64,000 bases of DNA, taken from assembly GCA_900769475.1 (NCBI GenBank), contig CAAGGQ010000110.1, positions 1,173 to 65,172 of the forward strand. The letters run 5' to 3'. A program made the translations under genes and the position numbers. Below, one piece after another: positions 36,929 to 46,531 of this stretch; the first letter of the stretch is position 1, and every line of letters begins with the position of its first letter. The notes under the pieces were generated by a model. The model did no database searches. It was not told the origin of the DNA and saw only the letters and a list, made by a program, of their open reading frames with translations. This DNA is from Clostridia bacterium. Its GTDB lineage: Bacteria > Bacillota > Clostridia > Oscillospirales > CAG-272.

Positions 36929-37986
36929 GTCGCTTTTTCAGTTCAAAATATGCGAGTCTGAAGCCCTACACCCCCGGGGAACAGCCCAAGGAGATGCAGT
37001 ACGTAAAGCTCAACACCAACGAGTCGCCCTTCCCGCCCTCCAAAAAAGCGCAGGAGGAAGCGGCCAAGGCCGCGGCGTCGCTCCAGCTCTATTCCGACCC
37101 CACCTGCAAAAAAACCACCGAGGCCTTGGCAAAGACCCTTGGCGTAGAACCCGACGAGGTGCTCCTCACCAACGGCTCGGACGAGATCCTCAACTTTGCC
37201 TTCATGGCCTTTTGCGACGAGCACACCCCCGCCGCCTTTGCCGACATCACCTACGGCTTTTACAAGGTCTTTGCACAGATCAACCGTTTGCCCTATAAGA
37301 TCATTCCCCTCAAAGAGGATTTCACCATTGACGTCAAAGACTATTTCGGATTGGGACATACCGTCTTTCTTGCCAATCCCAACGCGCCCTCGGGCATTGC
37401 CCTGACGGTGGCCGAGATTGAGGAGATCCTGCAGGCTAACCCCAACAACGTGGTGGTGATCGATGAGGCCTACGTGGACTTTGGCACCGAGAGCTGTGTT
37501 CCCCTCATTCACAAATACGACAACCTATTGGTAACCCAGACATTTTCCAAATCCCGCTCCATGGCGGGAGCACGCCTGGGATTTGGCGTGGGCTGTAAGG
37601 CTCTGATCGCCGATCTCAACGCCATCAAATATTCCACCAATCCCTACAACGTCAACTCCATGACCCTGGCGACGGGCTACGGCACCCTGGCCGATCCCGA
37701 TTACACCGCCGCAAACTGCAAAACCATTATGGAAAACCGGGAACGAACCGCCAAGGCCTTGGCCGCTCTGGGCTTTTCCATGACCGAATCAAAGGCCAAC
37801 TTCCTCTTTGCCAAGCATCCGGATCTGGACGGCAAGGAGCTCTACCTGGAGCTGAAGCGTCGCGGAATTCTGGTACGCCACTTTGACGATCCCCGCATTT
37901 CCGACTACAACCGCATTACCGTGGGAACGCAGGAGCAAATGGAGATCCTGCTCGCGGCCATCCGCGCAATCCTGGAGGCGTGCTGA
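36925..37986 (+). CDS. hisC: histidinol-phosphate aminotransferase
   Basis: Class II aminotransferase with YSDP..., NPNAPSG and TFSKSRSMAGARLG (PLP lysine). ATGA overlap with hisD. Confidence 0.92.
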   Translation: MSRFFSSKYASLKPYTPGEQPKEMQYVKLNTNESPFPPSKKAQEEAAKAAASLQLYSDPTCKKTTEALAKTLGVEPDEVLLTNGSDEILNFAFMAFCDEHTPAAFADITYGFYKVFAQINRLPYKIIPLKEDFTIDVKDYFGLGHTVFLANPNAPSGIALTVAEIEEILQANPNNVVVIDEAYVDFGTESCVPLIHKYDNLLVTQTFSKSRSMAGARLGFGVGCKALIADLNAIKYSTNPYNVNSMTLATGYGTLADPDYTAANCKTIMENRERTAKALAALGFSMTESKANFLFAKHPDLDGKELYLELKRRGILVRHFDDPRISDYNRITVGTQEQMEILLAAIRAILEAC

Positions 37987-37990
37987 CGTC

Positions 37991-39214
37991 ATGAAGCGCT
38001 CCTATCTGTCGGGAAAACAGCTGGCCTGGATCTTTACCCTGATCTATTTCTGCAGCTACACCTCCCGCATCAACTTTGCGGCCATCATTCAGGAGATCGT
38101 AACCTCCACCGGCTTTCCCAAGACCGCCCTCTCTGTGGTGTTGGTCAGTCTTTCGGTCACCTACGGCATCGGCATGGTGGTCAACGGCAAGATTGGAGAC
38201 CATGTCAAGCCGCAAAACCTGATCCTCTGCGGCCTGCTCTCCACCACCCTGATCAACCTGCTTTTTCCCTTTTTCTCTGCTTCGGTCACGGCAATGGCGA
38301 TCCTTTGGGGCTTCAACGGCTTTGCCCAGGCCATGATGTGGCCCCCCATCGTCCGGATCCTGGTGGCCAACACCAACGATGAATCCTACGGCTACGCCGT
38401 GGTGCGGGTCTCCTGGGGCTCCTCCTTTGGAACCATCTTCGTTTATCTCACCGCTCCGCTGATTATTTCCCTTCTGGGCTGGAAGGCGGTGTTCGGTCTC
38501 TCGGCCCTCATCGGCATTGGCACAACGCTTCTTTGGATTCTCCTCAAGGGACGAATCCATGGCGAATCTGCCACGCCTTTGGAACAGAGTGCCGCCAAGA
38601 ACGCCTCCCCGCCCCGCTTTCCTCGGGCGGCGATCTTCCCCCTCTGCTTTATCGTGCTGGGCATCGTTCTCCAGGGCATGCTGCGGGACGGTGTGACCTC
38701 CTGGATGCCCACCTACCTTGCCGAGGTCTTTCAGCTAGGCAACCAAACCTCCATTCTGTGCACCGTGTCCCTGGCGGTGTTCAGCATCCTCAGCTTTAGC
38801 CTGGTGGGGGAGATCTACCGTCGCTTTTTCCGCAATGAGGTGGCCTGCGCGGCGGTGGTATACATCATCGCTTTTGCCTCGGCCCTAGTCCTCTTTCTCT
38901 TCTTTGACGCCGGCGCGATCCCGGCCATTGCCATGATGACCCTGTTGACGGGTTGCATGCACGCCGTGAATCTGATGCTGGTGACCCACGTTCCCAAGCG
39001 TTTTAAAAAATACGGCAATATTTCTACCATTTCGGGAGCCATCAACGCCTCCACCTACGCGGGCTCGGCCATTTCCAGCTACGGCGTTTCGGTGCTCTCG
39101 GAGGGCATCGGCTGGCAAAACACCGTAGGGGTGTGGGCCGTGATTGCCCTGCTGGGCATTGTGGTGTGCCTGGTGGCCACCCGCCCCTGGAAAGCTTTTG
39201 CCCTGGATTCTTGA
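37991..39214 (+). CDS. MFS transporter, organophosphate:Pi antiporter (GlpT/UhpT)-like
   Basis: 12-TM profile. FNGFAQAMMWPPIVR resembles the GlpT motif GWFQGMGWPPCGR. It is embedded between hisC and hisB with 4-nt and 24-nt gaps. Confidence 0.75.
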   Translation: MKRSYLSGKQLAWIFTLIYFCSYTSRINFAAIIQEIVTSTGFPKTALSVVLVSLSVTYGIGMVVNGKIGDHVKPQNLILCGLLSTTLINLLFPFFSASVTAMAILWGFNGFAQAMMWPPIVRILVANTNDESYGYAVVRVSWGSSFGTIFVYLTAPLIISLLGWKAVFGLSALIGIGTTLLWILLKGRIHGESATPLEQSAAKNASPPRFPRAAIFPLCFIVLGIVLQGMLRDGVTSWMPTYLAEVFQLGNQTSILCTVSLAVFSILSFSLVGEIYRRFFRNEVACAAVVYIIAFASALVLFLFFDAGAIPAIAMMTLLTGCMHAVNLMLVTHVPKRFKKYGNISTISGAINASTYAGSAISSYGVSVLSEGIGWQNTVGVWAVIALLGIVVCLVATRPWKAFALDS

Positions 39215-39238
39215 ACCAACATTTGAAAGGAACATTCC

Positions 39239-39826
39239 ATGAGAACATCAACCATACAACGCCGCACGGCGGAGACCGATATTTCCCTCACCCTTACCCT
39301 GGACGGTACGGGAGCATCCCGGATCGACAGCGGATGCGGCTTTCTTGACCACATGCTCACCCTGTTTGCCCGCCACGGTCGTTTTGATCTGACTCTTACC
39401 TGCAAGGGTGACACCTACGTGGACGACCACCACACGGCAGAAGATATTGGCATCGTGCTGGGCCGGGCCTTTGCCGAGGCCCTTGGCAACAAAAAGGGCA
39501 TCTGCCGCTACGGCTCCACGGTCCTTCCTATGGACGAGGCTCTGATCCTCTCGGCTGTCGATCTTTCGGGCCGCTCCTACCTGCGCTTTGACCTCTCAAT
39601 TCCCACCGAAAAGGTTGGAAGCTTTGACACCGAGCTGGTCAAGGAATTCTGGCTGGCCTTCACCCGGCAAGCCGAATGTACCCTGCACCTGCAACAGCTG
39701 GCGGGGGAAAACTCCCACCACATCATTGAGGGAGCCTTTAAATCGGTGGCGCGCTCCCTACGCGACGCAGTGGCCATTGACCCGGCGTTTGCCGATGAAA
39801 TTCCTTCCACGAAAGGGGTTCTCTGA
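39239..39826 (+). CDS. hisB: imidazoleglycerol-phosphate dehydratase (monofunctional)
   Basis: 195 aa with TGCGFLDHML, DDHHTAEDIGI and NSHHIIEGAFK motifs. No phosphatase domain. Confidence 0.95.
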   Translation: MRTSTIQRRTAETDISLTLTLDGTGASRIDSGCGFLDHMLTLFARHGRFDLTLTCKGDTYVDDHHTAEDIGIVLGRAFAEALGNKKGICRYGSTVLPMDEALILSAVDLSGRSYLRFDLSIPTEKVGSFDTELVKEFWLAFTRQAECTLHLQQLAGENSHHIIEGAFKSVARSLRDAVAIDPAFADEIPSTKGVL

Positions 39827-40455
39827 TGGTTGGAATCGTTGATTACGGCGTGGGAAATCTCTTTTCCCTTCGCTCCTCCCTGGTGGCCATTGGCGCCGAC
39901 GCCTTTGTCAGCTCGGAGCCCGAGGAGCTGACCAAAGCCGACCGCATCCTGCTCCCCGGAGTGGGGGCCTTTGGGGACGCCGCCGAAAAACTCCGCAGCA
40001 GCGGTCTTGCCGACTTCATCAAGGAAGAAGCCCGGCGCGGCAAGCCCCTCCTTGGTATTTGCCTTGGCATGCAGCTGTTGTTTGAAAAAAGCTTTGAATA
40101 CGGCGAGCACGAGGGTTTGGGACTCATCGAGGGCGAGATCCGTCCCATTGCCGACGTGATCCCCGCGGATTACAAGATCCCACACATCGGGTGGAACGCC
40201 CTGCACTTTGAAAAGACCGACTGTCCTCTCTTTCGATATCTGAAGGAGGGAGACCACGTTTATTTCGTTCACTCCTTTTACGCCACCAACTGTGACGACG
40301 CCGTGGTGGCAACGTCCGAGTACGGCGCACCCCTCACGGCCGCCGTGGCTAAAAACAACGTTTTTGGTTGCCAGTTCCATCCCGAAAAAAGCGGAAACGT
40401 AGGGTTGAATATTCTGCGCGCCTTTTGCGAAACGGAGGATTTAACCCTATGCTGA
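39826..40455 (+). CDS. hisH: imidazole glycerol phosphate synthase, glutamine amidotransferase subunit
   Basis: Class I GATase with GICLGMQLL (catalytic Cys) and FHPEKS. Confidence 0.95.
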   Translation: MVGIVDYGVGNLFSLRSSLVAIGADAFVSSEPEELTKADRILLPGVGAFGDAAEKLRSSGLADFIKEEARRGKPLLGICLGMQLLFEKSFEYGEHEGLGLIEGEIRPIADVIPADYKIPHIGWNALHFEKTDCPLFRYLKEGDHVYFVHSFYATNCDDAVVATSEYGAPLTAAVAKNNVFGCQFHPEKSGNVGLNILRAFCETEDLTLC

Positions 40456-41162
40456 TCTTTCCCGCAATCGATTTATACGAGGGCAAGGCCGTGCGCCTCT
40501 TGCGCGGTGACTACGCCCAAATGACGGTGTATAGTGAGCACCCCGAAGAGATCGCTCTGGCCTTTGCCAAGGCGGGAGCCACCTGGATCCATCTGGTGGA
40601 TCTGGAGGGCGCCAAGAGCGGCGAGACCCCCAACCTGGAAACCGTGAAGAAGATCGTTTCGGTCTCGGGCCTTTCGGCCGAGGTAGGCGGCGGGATCCGC
40701 CGTATGGAAACCGTCAAGACCTATCTAGAGGCGGGCGTGAGCCGAGTGATCCTCGGCACCGCCGCCGTGACCGATGAAGCCTTCCTCAAAGAAGCCCTTT
40801 CCACCTACGTGGAAAAGATCGCCGTGGGTGTGGACATCAAGGACGGCAAGGTGGCCATCAAGGGATGGACCGTCGCCTCGGAGCTGGAGGCTATCCCCTT
40901 TTGCGAAAAACTTCAAAAGCTGGGCGTACGCACCATCATCTGCACCGACATCTCCAAGGACGGCGCCATGATGGGAACCAATCATGCGCTCTATCAGGAG
41001 CTTTCCCGCCGCTTTGATCTGCAGATTATCGCCTCGGGGGGCGTTTCCTCCATGGAGGACGTGGAAAAGCTGGCAAAGCTGGATCTCTACGGTGCCATCA
41101 TCGGCAAAGCCTACTACACGGGAGCCATTGATCTCCCCGGAGCGATCGAGGTGGCCAAATGA
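40449..41162 (+). CDS. hisA: 1-(5-phosphoribosyl)-5-[(5-phosphoribosylamino)methylideneamino]imidazole-4-carboxamide isomerase
   Basis: MLIFPAIDLYEGKAVRL N-terminus and a GGGIR motif. The start at 40449 overlaps the hisH end. Confidence 0.93.
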   Translation: MLIFPAIDLYEGKAVRLLRGDYAQMTVYSEHPEEIALAFAKAGATWIHLVDLEGAKSGETPNLETVKKIVSVSGLSAEVGGGIRRMETVKTYLEAGVSRVILGTAAVTDEAFLKEALSTYVEKIAVGVDIKDGKVAIKGWTVASELEAIPFCEKLQKLGVRTIICTDISKDGAMMGTNHALYQELSRRFDLQIIASGGVSSMEDVEKLAKLDLYGAIIGKAYYTGAIDLPGAIEVAK

Positions 41163-41917
41163 TTACCAAACGCATTATTCCCTGCCTGGACGTCAAAAAC
41201 GGACGGGTAGTCAAGGGAGTGAATTTCCTGGGACTTTCCGACGTTTCCTCCCCCGTGGAGCTGGCCAAGTTCTACAGCGACAACGGCGCCGACGAGCTGG
41301 TGTTTTACGACATCACCGCCTCCGCCGAAGGACGTCAGCTCTTTACCGATATTCTCTGTGAAGCCGCAGGAACCGTCTTCATTCCCCTCACCGTGGGCGG
41401 CGGCATCAACACGGTAGAGGATTTTGACCGCGTCCTCAAATGCGGTGCCGACAAAGTGAGCGTTAACTCGGGGGCCATCCGCAATCCCTCCCTCATCGGG
41501 GAGGCTGCCAAGCGCTACGGCGACCAATGCGTGGTACTCTCGGTGGACGTCAAACGAGTCGACGGCGTCTTTCGCGTCTTTGCCAAGGGCGGACGGGTAA
41601 ATACCGGCATGGAGGCCATTGAGTGGATCAAGCGAGGCGTCGATGCGGGTGCCGGCGAGATCGTGGTCAATTCCATCGACACCGACGGCGTGAAGAAGGG
41701 CTTCGATCTGGAAATGCTGGACGCGGTCTGCAACGCCGTATCGGTTCCCGTCATCGCCTCGGGCGGCGCGGGATGCATCGATCACTTCACCACCCTCTTC
41801 AAGAACCTTCCCAAGGTGGATGCGGGTCTGGCGGCCTCGATCTTCCATTTTGGCGAGGTCAAAATCAGCGACCTGAAGCGGGAGTTGCGCGCCCAAGGCA
41901 TTCCCATGCGTATTTGA
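41159..41917 (+). CDS. hisF: imidazole glycerol phosphate synthase cyclase subunit
   Basis: KRIIPCLDVKNGRVVKGVNF N-terminus, TVGGGI and ASGGAG motifs. Confidence 0.96.
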   Translation: MITKRIIPCLDVKNGRVVKGVNFLGLSDVSSPVELAKFYSDNGADELVFYDITASAEGRQLFTDILCEAAGTVFIPLTVGGGINTVEDFDRVLKCGADKVSVNSGAIRNPSLIGEAAKRYGDQCVVLSVDVKRVDGVFRVFAKGGRVNTGMEAIEWIKRGVDAGAGEIVVNSIDTDGVKKGFDLEMLDAVCNAVSVPVIASGGAGCIDHFTTLFKNLPKVDAGLAASIFHFGEVKISDLKRELRAQGIPMRI

Positions 41918-41939
41918 TTTTTGAAAGGATATACCAACC

Positions 41940-42590
41940 ATGCTAAACATTGACGAACTGAAATTTGACGAAAAGGGCCTGATCCCCGCCATCGTAGTGG
42001 ACGCCATCTCCAAAAAGGTGCTCACCCTGGCATATATGAATCGGGAGAGCCTACAGATCTCCATGGAAAAGGGGCTGACCTGCTTTTGGAGCCGCTCCCG
42101 TCAGGAGCTTTGGCTCAAGGGCGAGACCAGCGGAAACTACCAGCACATCGTTTCCATCACCGCCGACTGCGATCATGACGCGCTGGTGGTCATGGTAGAG
42201 CCCGACGGCCCTGCCTGCCATCTGGGAACCACCTCCTGCTTCGAGAACCCCGTATGGGAAAGCGACGAGCTCCACGAGTTCTCCCTGGAGGGACTGATGA
42301 AGCTGATCGAGGGCCGTAAAATTGAAAAAAAGGAGGGCTCCTACACCACCTACCTCTTTGAAAAGGGCATTGATAAGATCCTGAAGAAGGTGGGCGAGGA
42401 ATGTACCGAGGTCATCATCGCCGGCAAGGCCGACGATAAAAAGGAGACCATCTACGAGATCGCCGACCTGGCCTACCACACCATGGTACTCATGATCCAG
42501 ATGGGCATTTCTCTGGAGGACATCCACAAGGAGCTGGCTTCCCGCCACGTGATCGACCACAAGGTCAAGCAGGAAAAAATGACGAAATAA
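41940..42590 (+). CDS. hisIE: bifunctional phosphoribosyl-AMP cyclohydrolase / phosphoribosyl-ATP diphosphatase
   Basis: LIPAIVVD...[17 protein letters not shown] (HisI) followed by [25 protein letters not shown] (HisE). Confidence 0.93.
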   Translation: MLNIDELKFDEKGLIPAIVVDAISKKVLTLAYMNRESLQISMEKGLTCFWSRSRQELWLKGETSGNYQHIVSITADCDHDALVVMVEPDGPACHLGTTSCFENPVWESDELHEFSLEGLMKLIEGRKIEKKEGSYTTYLFEKGIDKILKKVGEECTEVIIAGKADDKKETIYEIADLAYHTMVLMIQMGISLEDIHKELASRHVIDHKVKQEKMTK

Positions 42591-42599
42591 GCCGAAAAC

Positions 42600-42640
42600 A
42601 GGGGAACCCTCCGACGCGGTGCAGGAGGTTCCCCTTCGTT
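42600..42640 (+). terminator. terminator-like hairpin after the his operon
   Basis: GGGGAACCCTCC-gacgcggtgca-GGAGGTTCCCC followed by TTCGTT (weak U-tract). Confidence 0.6.
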
Positions 42641-42759
42641 ATATCCTACAAAAATGATGAATAAAATTTTAATTTTACCAAAGAGTCCTTGCCTGCCGCC
42701 ATCGAATATGCTATGATGTATCTGTCCGACCATTCCATGCTCTCCCTCGGAGGTAATCT

Positions 42760-43311
42760 ATGAAACTGCGCCTACTCTCCCTTTTATTGCTTTGCCTCAT
42801 GCTTTCCTCCTGTTTCTCTCTGCTCCCGCCCCTGGAGCCCCTGCCCACCGATGAGAACGGGACGCTATCCCCCCGACCGCCCTCCCCTGCCATCTCCGAG
42901 GAAGCCCCCGCCGCCCCGCGCTTGGAGCTCCGTGGCGAATATTTGTACTTTGTGGACGAGGGCGAAAACCAATGGGGGACCGGTCTCTCCCATATCCGAT
43001 CCCTGAAAGCCTCCCACGCGGCAGACCAAGCCCTTTGGGAATCGGATCCCTCTCAGATTTTTTCCATCCTCTTTTCCAACAGCCCCATTTCCATGTACGC
43101 GGTCTCCGAAAAGGACATCGAGAATCTGGAGCTTCAAACCGGCTTTCTCACCGTTCTCCAATTTGGCGATCCGGCGATCCCCGACCCGCTGTTGGAGCTC
43201 TCTTTGACCAATTCCGGGATCTTGATCTACCGGCATGCTTCGGGCGTGTATTTTCGCTCCACCGAGGGGGTAGTCAACACTCGCCGCGTGCATCGGCTGC
43301 TGGGCTGGTGA
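42760..43311 (+). CDS. lipoprotein, unknown function (paralog 1)
   Basis: MKLRLLSLLLLCLMLSSCFSLLPPLEPL is a signal peptide with a lipobox. RBS GGAGGT. Confidence 0.7.
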   Translation: MKLRLLSLLLLCLMLSSCFSLLPPLEPLPTDENGTLSPRPPSPAISEEAPAAPRLELRGEYLYFVDEGENQWGTGLSHIRSLKASHAADQALWESDPSQIFSILFSNSPISMYAVSEKDIENLELQTGFLTVLQFGDPAIPDPLLELSLTNSGILIYRHASGVYFRSTEGVVNTRRVHRLLGW

Positions 43312-43345
43312 CACGCCCCCATCTTACCGTAAAGGAGAATCGTTT

Positions 43346-43948
43346 ATGAAACCCTACCGCAAGCTTCTGCTCCCCCTTTTGTTGTTGGGGATCGCTCTGC
43401 TCTGCACCTCCTGCTTCTCTCTGCTCCCGCCCCTGGAGCCCCTCTCTCCGGACGATACCCGTGAGGTGTTCCATGACCGCATCACCTCCCCACCCTTTTC
43501 TTATATTCCCGCGCCCGGCATTTCGGAGGACCCCGACTCCATCGAGGATCTGCGGATCTATATCCGTGGCAAGGCGATCCTGGTTTCCACGGTGAGGGAG
43601 GATCTCCCCCTGTACAAGGGCGCGCTGGATCTTTTGGTACGCACCAACTGCTACCGCGGTGAGGAAAAATCCCTGGCCACCCACCAGCAACCCTCCCCTC
43701 TCCTGACCTATTTGTTTGAGAATGAGATCCGCTTTTCTCCCATCCCTTTGGACAATTTCGTCGCCCTTCAAAAAGAGGATGACGTGATCTGCATCCATTT
43801 TCTGGAGAAAGACAACGATACTCCCTCTCTGGAGTTCTTCCTCCTCCCCGACGGCATCCTGCTTTATCAAAGCCCCGAGAACGGCTACTACGCCTCCACC
43901 ACCACCGTGGATGTGATGCAGGTCAATCGCATTATCAACTGGAAATAA
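43346..43948 (+). CDS. lipoprotein, unknown function (paralog 2)
   Basis: MKPYRKLLLPLLLLGIALLCTSCFSLLPPLEPL. The C-terminal ...DGILLYQSPENGYYASTTTVDVMQVNRIINW parallels paralog 1's ...SGILIYRHASGVYFRSTEGVVNTRRVHRLLGW. Confidence 0.7.
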   Translation: MKPYRKLLLPLLLLGIALLCTSCFSLLPPLEPLSPDDTREVFHDRITSPPFSYIPAPGISEDPDSIEDLRIYIRGKAILVSTVREDLPLYKGALDLLVRTNCYRGEEKSLATHQQPSPLLTYLFENEIRFSPIPLDNFVALQKEDDVICIHFLEKDNDTPSLEFFLLPDGILLYQSPENGYYASTTTVDVMQVNRIINWK

Positions 43949-44018
43949 GAAAATATCATAGCATAACAAGAACGGCGATCCTCGCCGTTCTTGTTTTGTA
44001 ACGCTCCTTTCCGTTGCG

Positions 44019-44071
44019 AAAACTCCTTCGCCGCTTTTTCTTTTGACCATATAGGCGCAAAAGAAAAAGCT
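44019..44071. repeat. repeat family C copy 2
   Basis: AAAACTCCTTCGCCGCTTTTTCTTTTGACCATATAGGCGCAAAAGAAAAAGCT is near-identical to 29278-29329. Confidence 0.65.
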
Positions 44072-44131
44072 TGGCCAAAACGTTCACTGCGTGGAAAATC
44101 TTTGTTTTATCCACTATTTGCAAAATACATC

Positions 44132-44160
44132 TTGATTTTTTCTCTGCTTTTTGCTATAAT
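44132..44160 (+). promoter_or_regulatory. promoter for metY-metA (TTGATT-17-TGcTATAAT)
   Basis: TTGATT at 44132-44137 and TATAAT at 44155-44160 with an upstream TG. Confidence 0.65.
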
Positions 44161-44223
44161 AAAAAAGTTAACATTATTTTTAAGCGATGCGATGTTTTGA
44201 AACCGCACCCAAGGAGGTTCATC

Positions 44224-45507
44224 ATGAGCAACTTTAAGATCGGAACAAAATGCGTTCAGGGTGGCTACCGCCCCGGTAACGGCGAACCCAGACAGATCCC
44301 CATCATTCAGAGCACCACCTTTAAGTACGATACCGGTGACGCCATGGGCAAGCTCTTTGATCTGGAAGCCAGCGGCTATTTCTATACCCGCCTGCAAAAC
44401 CCCACCAGCGACTCGGTGGCCGCAAAGATCTGCGAAATGGAAGGCGGAAGCGCCGCCATGCTCACCTCCTCGGGAATGGCTGCCTCCTTCCTGGCCGTGT
44501 TTAACATCTGCTCCTGCGGAGATCATTTCATCTCCTCCTCTGCCATCTACGGCGGCACCTACAACCTCTTCTCGGTCACCCTGAAGCGCATGGGCATTGA
44601 CGCGACTTTCGTTTCCCCCGATTGCACCGAGGAAGAGCTGCAGGCGGCCTTTCGTCCCAACACCAAGCTGGTCTTTGGCGAAACCATCGCCAACCCCGCC
44701 CTCAAGGTTCTGGACATTGAAAAATTCGCCAAGGTGGCTCACGCCAACGGCGTTCCGCTGATCATCGACAACACCTTCCCCACCCCCGTGGGCTGCCGTC
44801 CCTTTGAGTTCGGTGCCGACATCGTGACCCACGCCACCACCAAGTACATGGACGGTCACGGATCTGCCGTGGGCGGTGCTATTGTGGACTCCGGCAACTT
44901 TGACTGGATGGCCCACGCCGAGAAATTCCCCGGCCTCTGCACCCCTGACGAAAGCTACCATGGAATTACCTACGCCGAGCGTTTTGGAAAGGAAGGTGCC
45001 TACATTACCAAGGCCACCGCGCAGCTGATGCGTGACCTGGGTGTGACCCCCGCCCCCATGAACTCCTTCCTGCTCAACCTGGGCCTGGAGAGCCTGCACG
45101 TGCGCATGAAGCAGCATTGCGCCAACGGTCTGGCCGTTGCGCAGTACCTGGAAAACCATCCCAAGGTGGCCTGGGTCAACTATCCCGGTCTTGCCTCCTC
45201 CCCCGACTATGCACTGACGCAGAAGTATATGCCTCACGGCACCTGCGGTGTAGTCAGCTTTGGCGTGAAGGGTGGCAGAGAAGCTGCCTCCAAGTTCATG
45301 GAAAGCTTGAACATCATCGCCATTGAGACCCACGTGGCCGATGCTCGCTCCTGCTGCCTGCATCCCGCCACCACCACCCACCGCCAGCTCAGCGACGCCG
45401 ATCTTGTCGCCGCGGGTGTAGGTCCCGACCTCATTCGCGTTTCCCTGGGTCTGGAGGACACCGCTGACCTGATCGCCGACATCGAGCAGGCTCTGGCAAA
45501 CGTATAA
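44224..45507 (+). CDS. metY: O-acetylhomoserine aminocarboxypropyltransferase / sulfhydrylase
   Basis: Cys/Met-metabolism PLP family with GYRPGNGEPRQIPIIQSTTFKYD and ATTKYMDGHG (PLP Lys). ATG at 44224 follows AAGGAGG. Confidence 0.9.
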   Translation: MSNFKIGTKCVQGGYRPGNGEPRQIPIIQSTTFKYDTGDAMGKLFDLEASGYFYTRLQNPTSDSVAAKICEMEGGSAAMLTSSGMAASFLAVFNICSCGDHFISSSAIYGGTYNLFSVTLKRMGIDATFVSPDCTEEELQAAFRPNTKLVFGETIANPALKVLDIEKFAKVAHANGVPLIIDNTFPTPVGCRPFEFGADIVTHATTKYMDGHGSAVGGAIVDSGNFDWMAHAEKFPGLCTPDESYHGITYAERFGKEGAYITKATAQLMRDLGVTPAPMNSFLLNLGLESLHVRMKQHCANGLAVAQYLENHPKVAWVNYPGLASSPDYALTQKYMPHGTCGVVSFGVKGGREAASKFMESLNIIAIETHVADARSCCLHPATTTHRQLSDADLVAAGVGPDLIRVSLGLEDTADLIADIEQALANV

Positions 45508-45525
45508 CACAGGAGAATTATCAAC

Positions 45526-46461
45526 ATGCCCATTAAGATCCCCAATGATCTGCCCGCCGTGCAGACCCTGGCCGATGAAAATATTTTTGTAATGACCGAG
45601 ACACGAGCCATCACCCAAGACATTCGTCCTCTGCGCATCGTGCTTCTCAATCTCATGCCCAAAAAGATCGAAACCGAAACCCAGATCTCCCGCATCCTGG
45701 GAAACACCCCCCTGCAGATCGAACTCACCCTCATTCGCACCAAAACTCATCAGTCCCAAAACACCGCCCAAGAGCATCTTCTTGCCTTCTACAAGACCTT
45801 TGACGACATCAAGGATCAAAAGTTTGACGGCATGATCATCACGGGTGCTCCCGTGGAGCTCAAGGAATTTGAGGACGTGGACTACTGGGAGGAGCTGTGC
45901 GAGATCATGGACTGGTCCAAGACCAACGTTCACAGCACCATGCACATCTGCTGGGGCGCTCAGGCGGGGCTTTACCATCACTTCGGAATCAAAAAATATC
46001 AGTTGGATAGGAAGCTCTTTGGCGTTTTCCCCCACAAGGCGGACTATGCCAAGTCCATGCTTCTGCGCGGCTTTGACGGCGTGTTCCACGTTCCTCATTC
46101 CCGCTACACCGCGGTCAAGCGCGAGGAGATCGAGGCCATTCCCGAGCTGCGTATTCTTGCCTCCTCCCAGGAGGCGGGCGTCCACATCGTGGGTGCCATT
46201 GGCGGCAGACAGTTCTTCATTATGGGTCACGCCGAGTACGATCCCCTGACGCTGGACGCCGAATACCGCCGCGATGCCGCCGCGGGACTTGGAACCCTGC
46301 CCCCCGAAAACTACTATCCCAACAACGATCCCTCCAAGGAGCCCATCATCACCTGGCGCGCCCACGGAAGTCTGCTCTTTATCAACTGGCTAAACTATTT
46401 CGTTTATCAGTCCACTCCCTACGATCTTAAGGACCTCAAATCCCAGGAAAAGGAACCCTGA
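45526..46461 (+). CDS. metA: homoserine O-acyltransferase (MetA family)
   Basis: [11 protein letters not shown]...ENIFVM...[13 protein letters not shown]-terminus, ICWGAQA catalytic Cys region and HSRY motif. Confidence 0.92.
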   Translation: MPIKIPNDLPAVQTLADENIFVMTETRAITQDIRPLRIVLLNLMPKKIETETQISRILGNTPLQIELTLIRTKTHQSQNTAQEHLLAFYKTFDDIKDQKFDGMIITGAPVELKEFEDVDYWEELCEIMDWSKTNVHSTMHICWGAQAGLYHHFGIKKYQLDRKLFGVFPHKADYAKSMLLRGFDGVFHVPHSRYTAVKREEIEAIPELRILASSQEAGVHIVGAIGGRQFFIMGHAEYDPLTLDAEYRRDAAAGLGTLPPENYYPNNDPSKEPIITWRAHGSLLFINWLNYFVYQSTPYDLKDLKSQEKEP

Positions 46462-46486
46462 TTTTCGATTTTTTTCAAGAAACCTA

Positions 46487-46515
46487 TTGACAAACGGTCA
46501 AAATTGTGATATGAT
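46487..46515 (+). promoter_or_regulatory. promoter of T-box leader 1 (TTGACA-17-TATGAT)
   Basis: TTGACA at 46487-46492 and TATGAT at 46510-46515. Confidence 0.6.
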
Positions 46516-46531
46516 AATGCCAATTTCCAAA

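Noticed and set aside
27172-41162. Antisense or alternative-frame ORFs within the arg and his operons (e.g. 27172..28098 -, 29431..30270 -, 30222..31163 -, 31532..32458 -, 33927..35036 -, 35657..36730 -, 39577..40380 -, 41114..42064 -)
   Set aside because: Same reasoning. The sense frames encode complete, motif-bearing Arg and His enzymes with operon-style overlaps.
44161-44223. SAM (S-box or other) riboswitch upstream of metY-metA
   Set aside because: The leader is only about 60 nt and lacks the S-box helices and conserved junction motifs. No terminator or anti-terminator pair is visible.
44107-46365. 752-aa ORF on the minus strand spanning metY and metA
   Set aside because: It is antisense to two genes with unmistakable family motifs. 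It has no RBS, and its Gly/Val/His/Ala-rich low-complexity translation is typical of shadow ORFs in GC-rich coding DNA.
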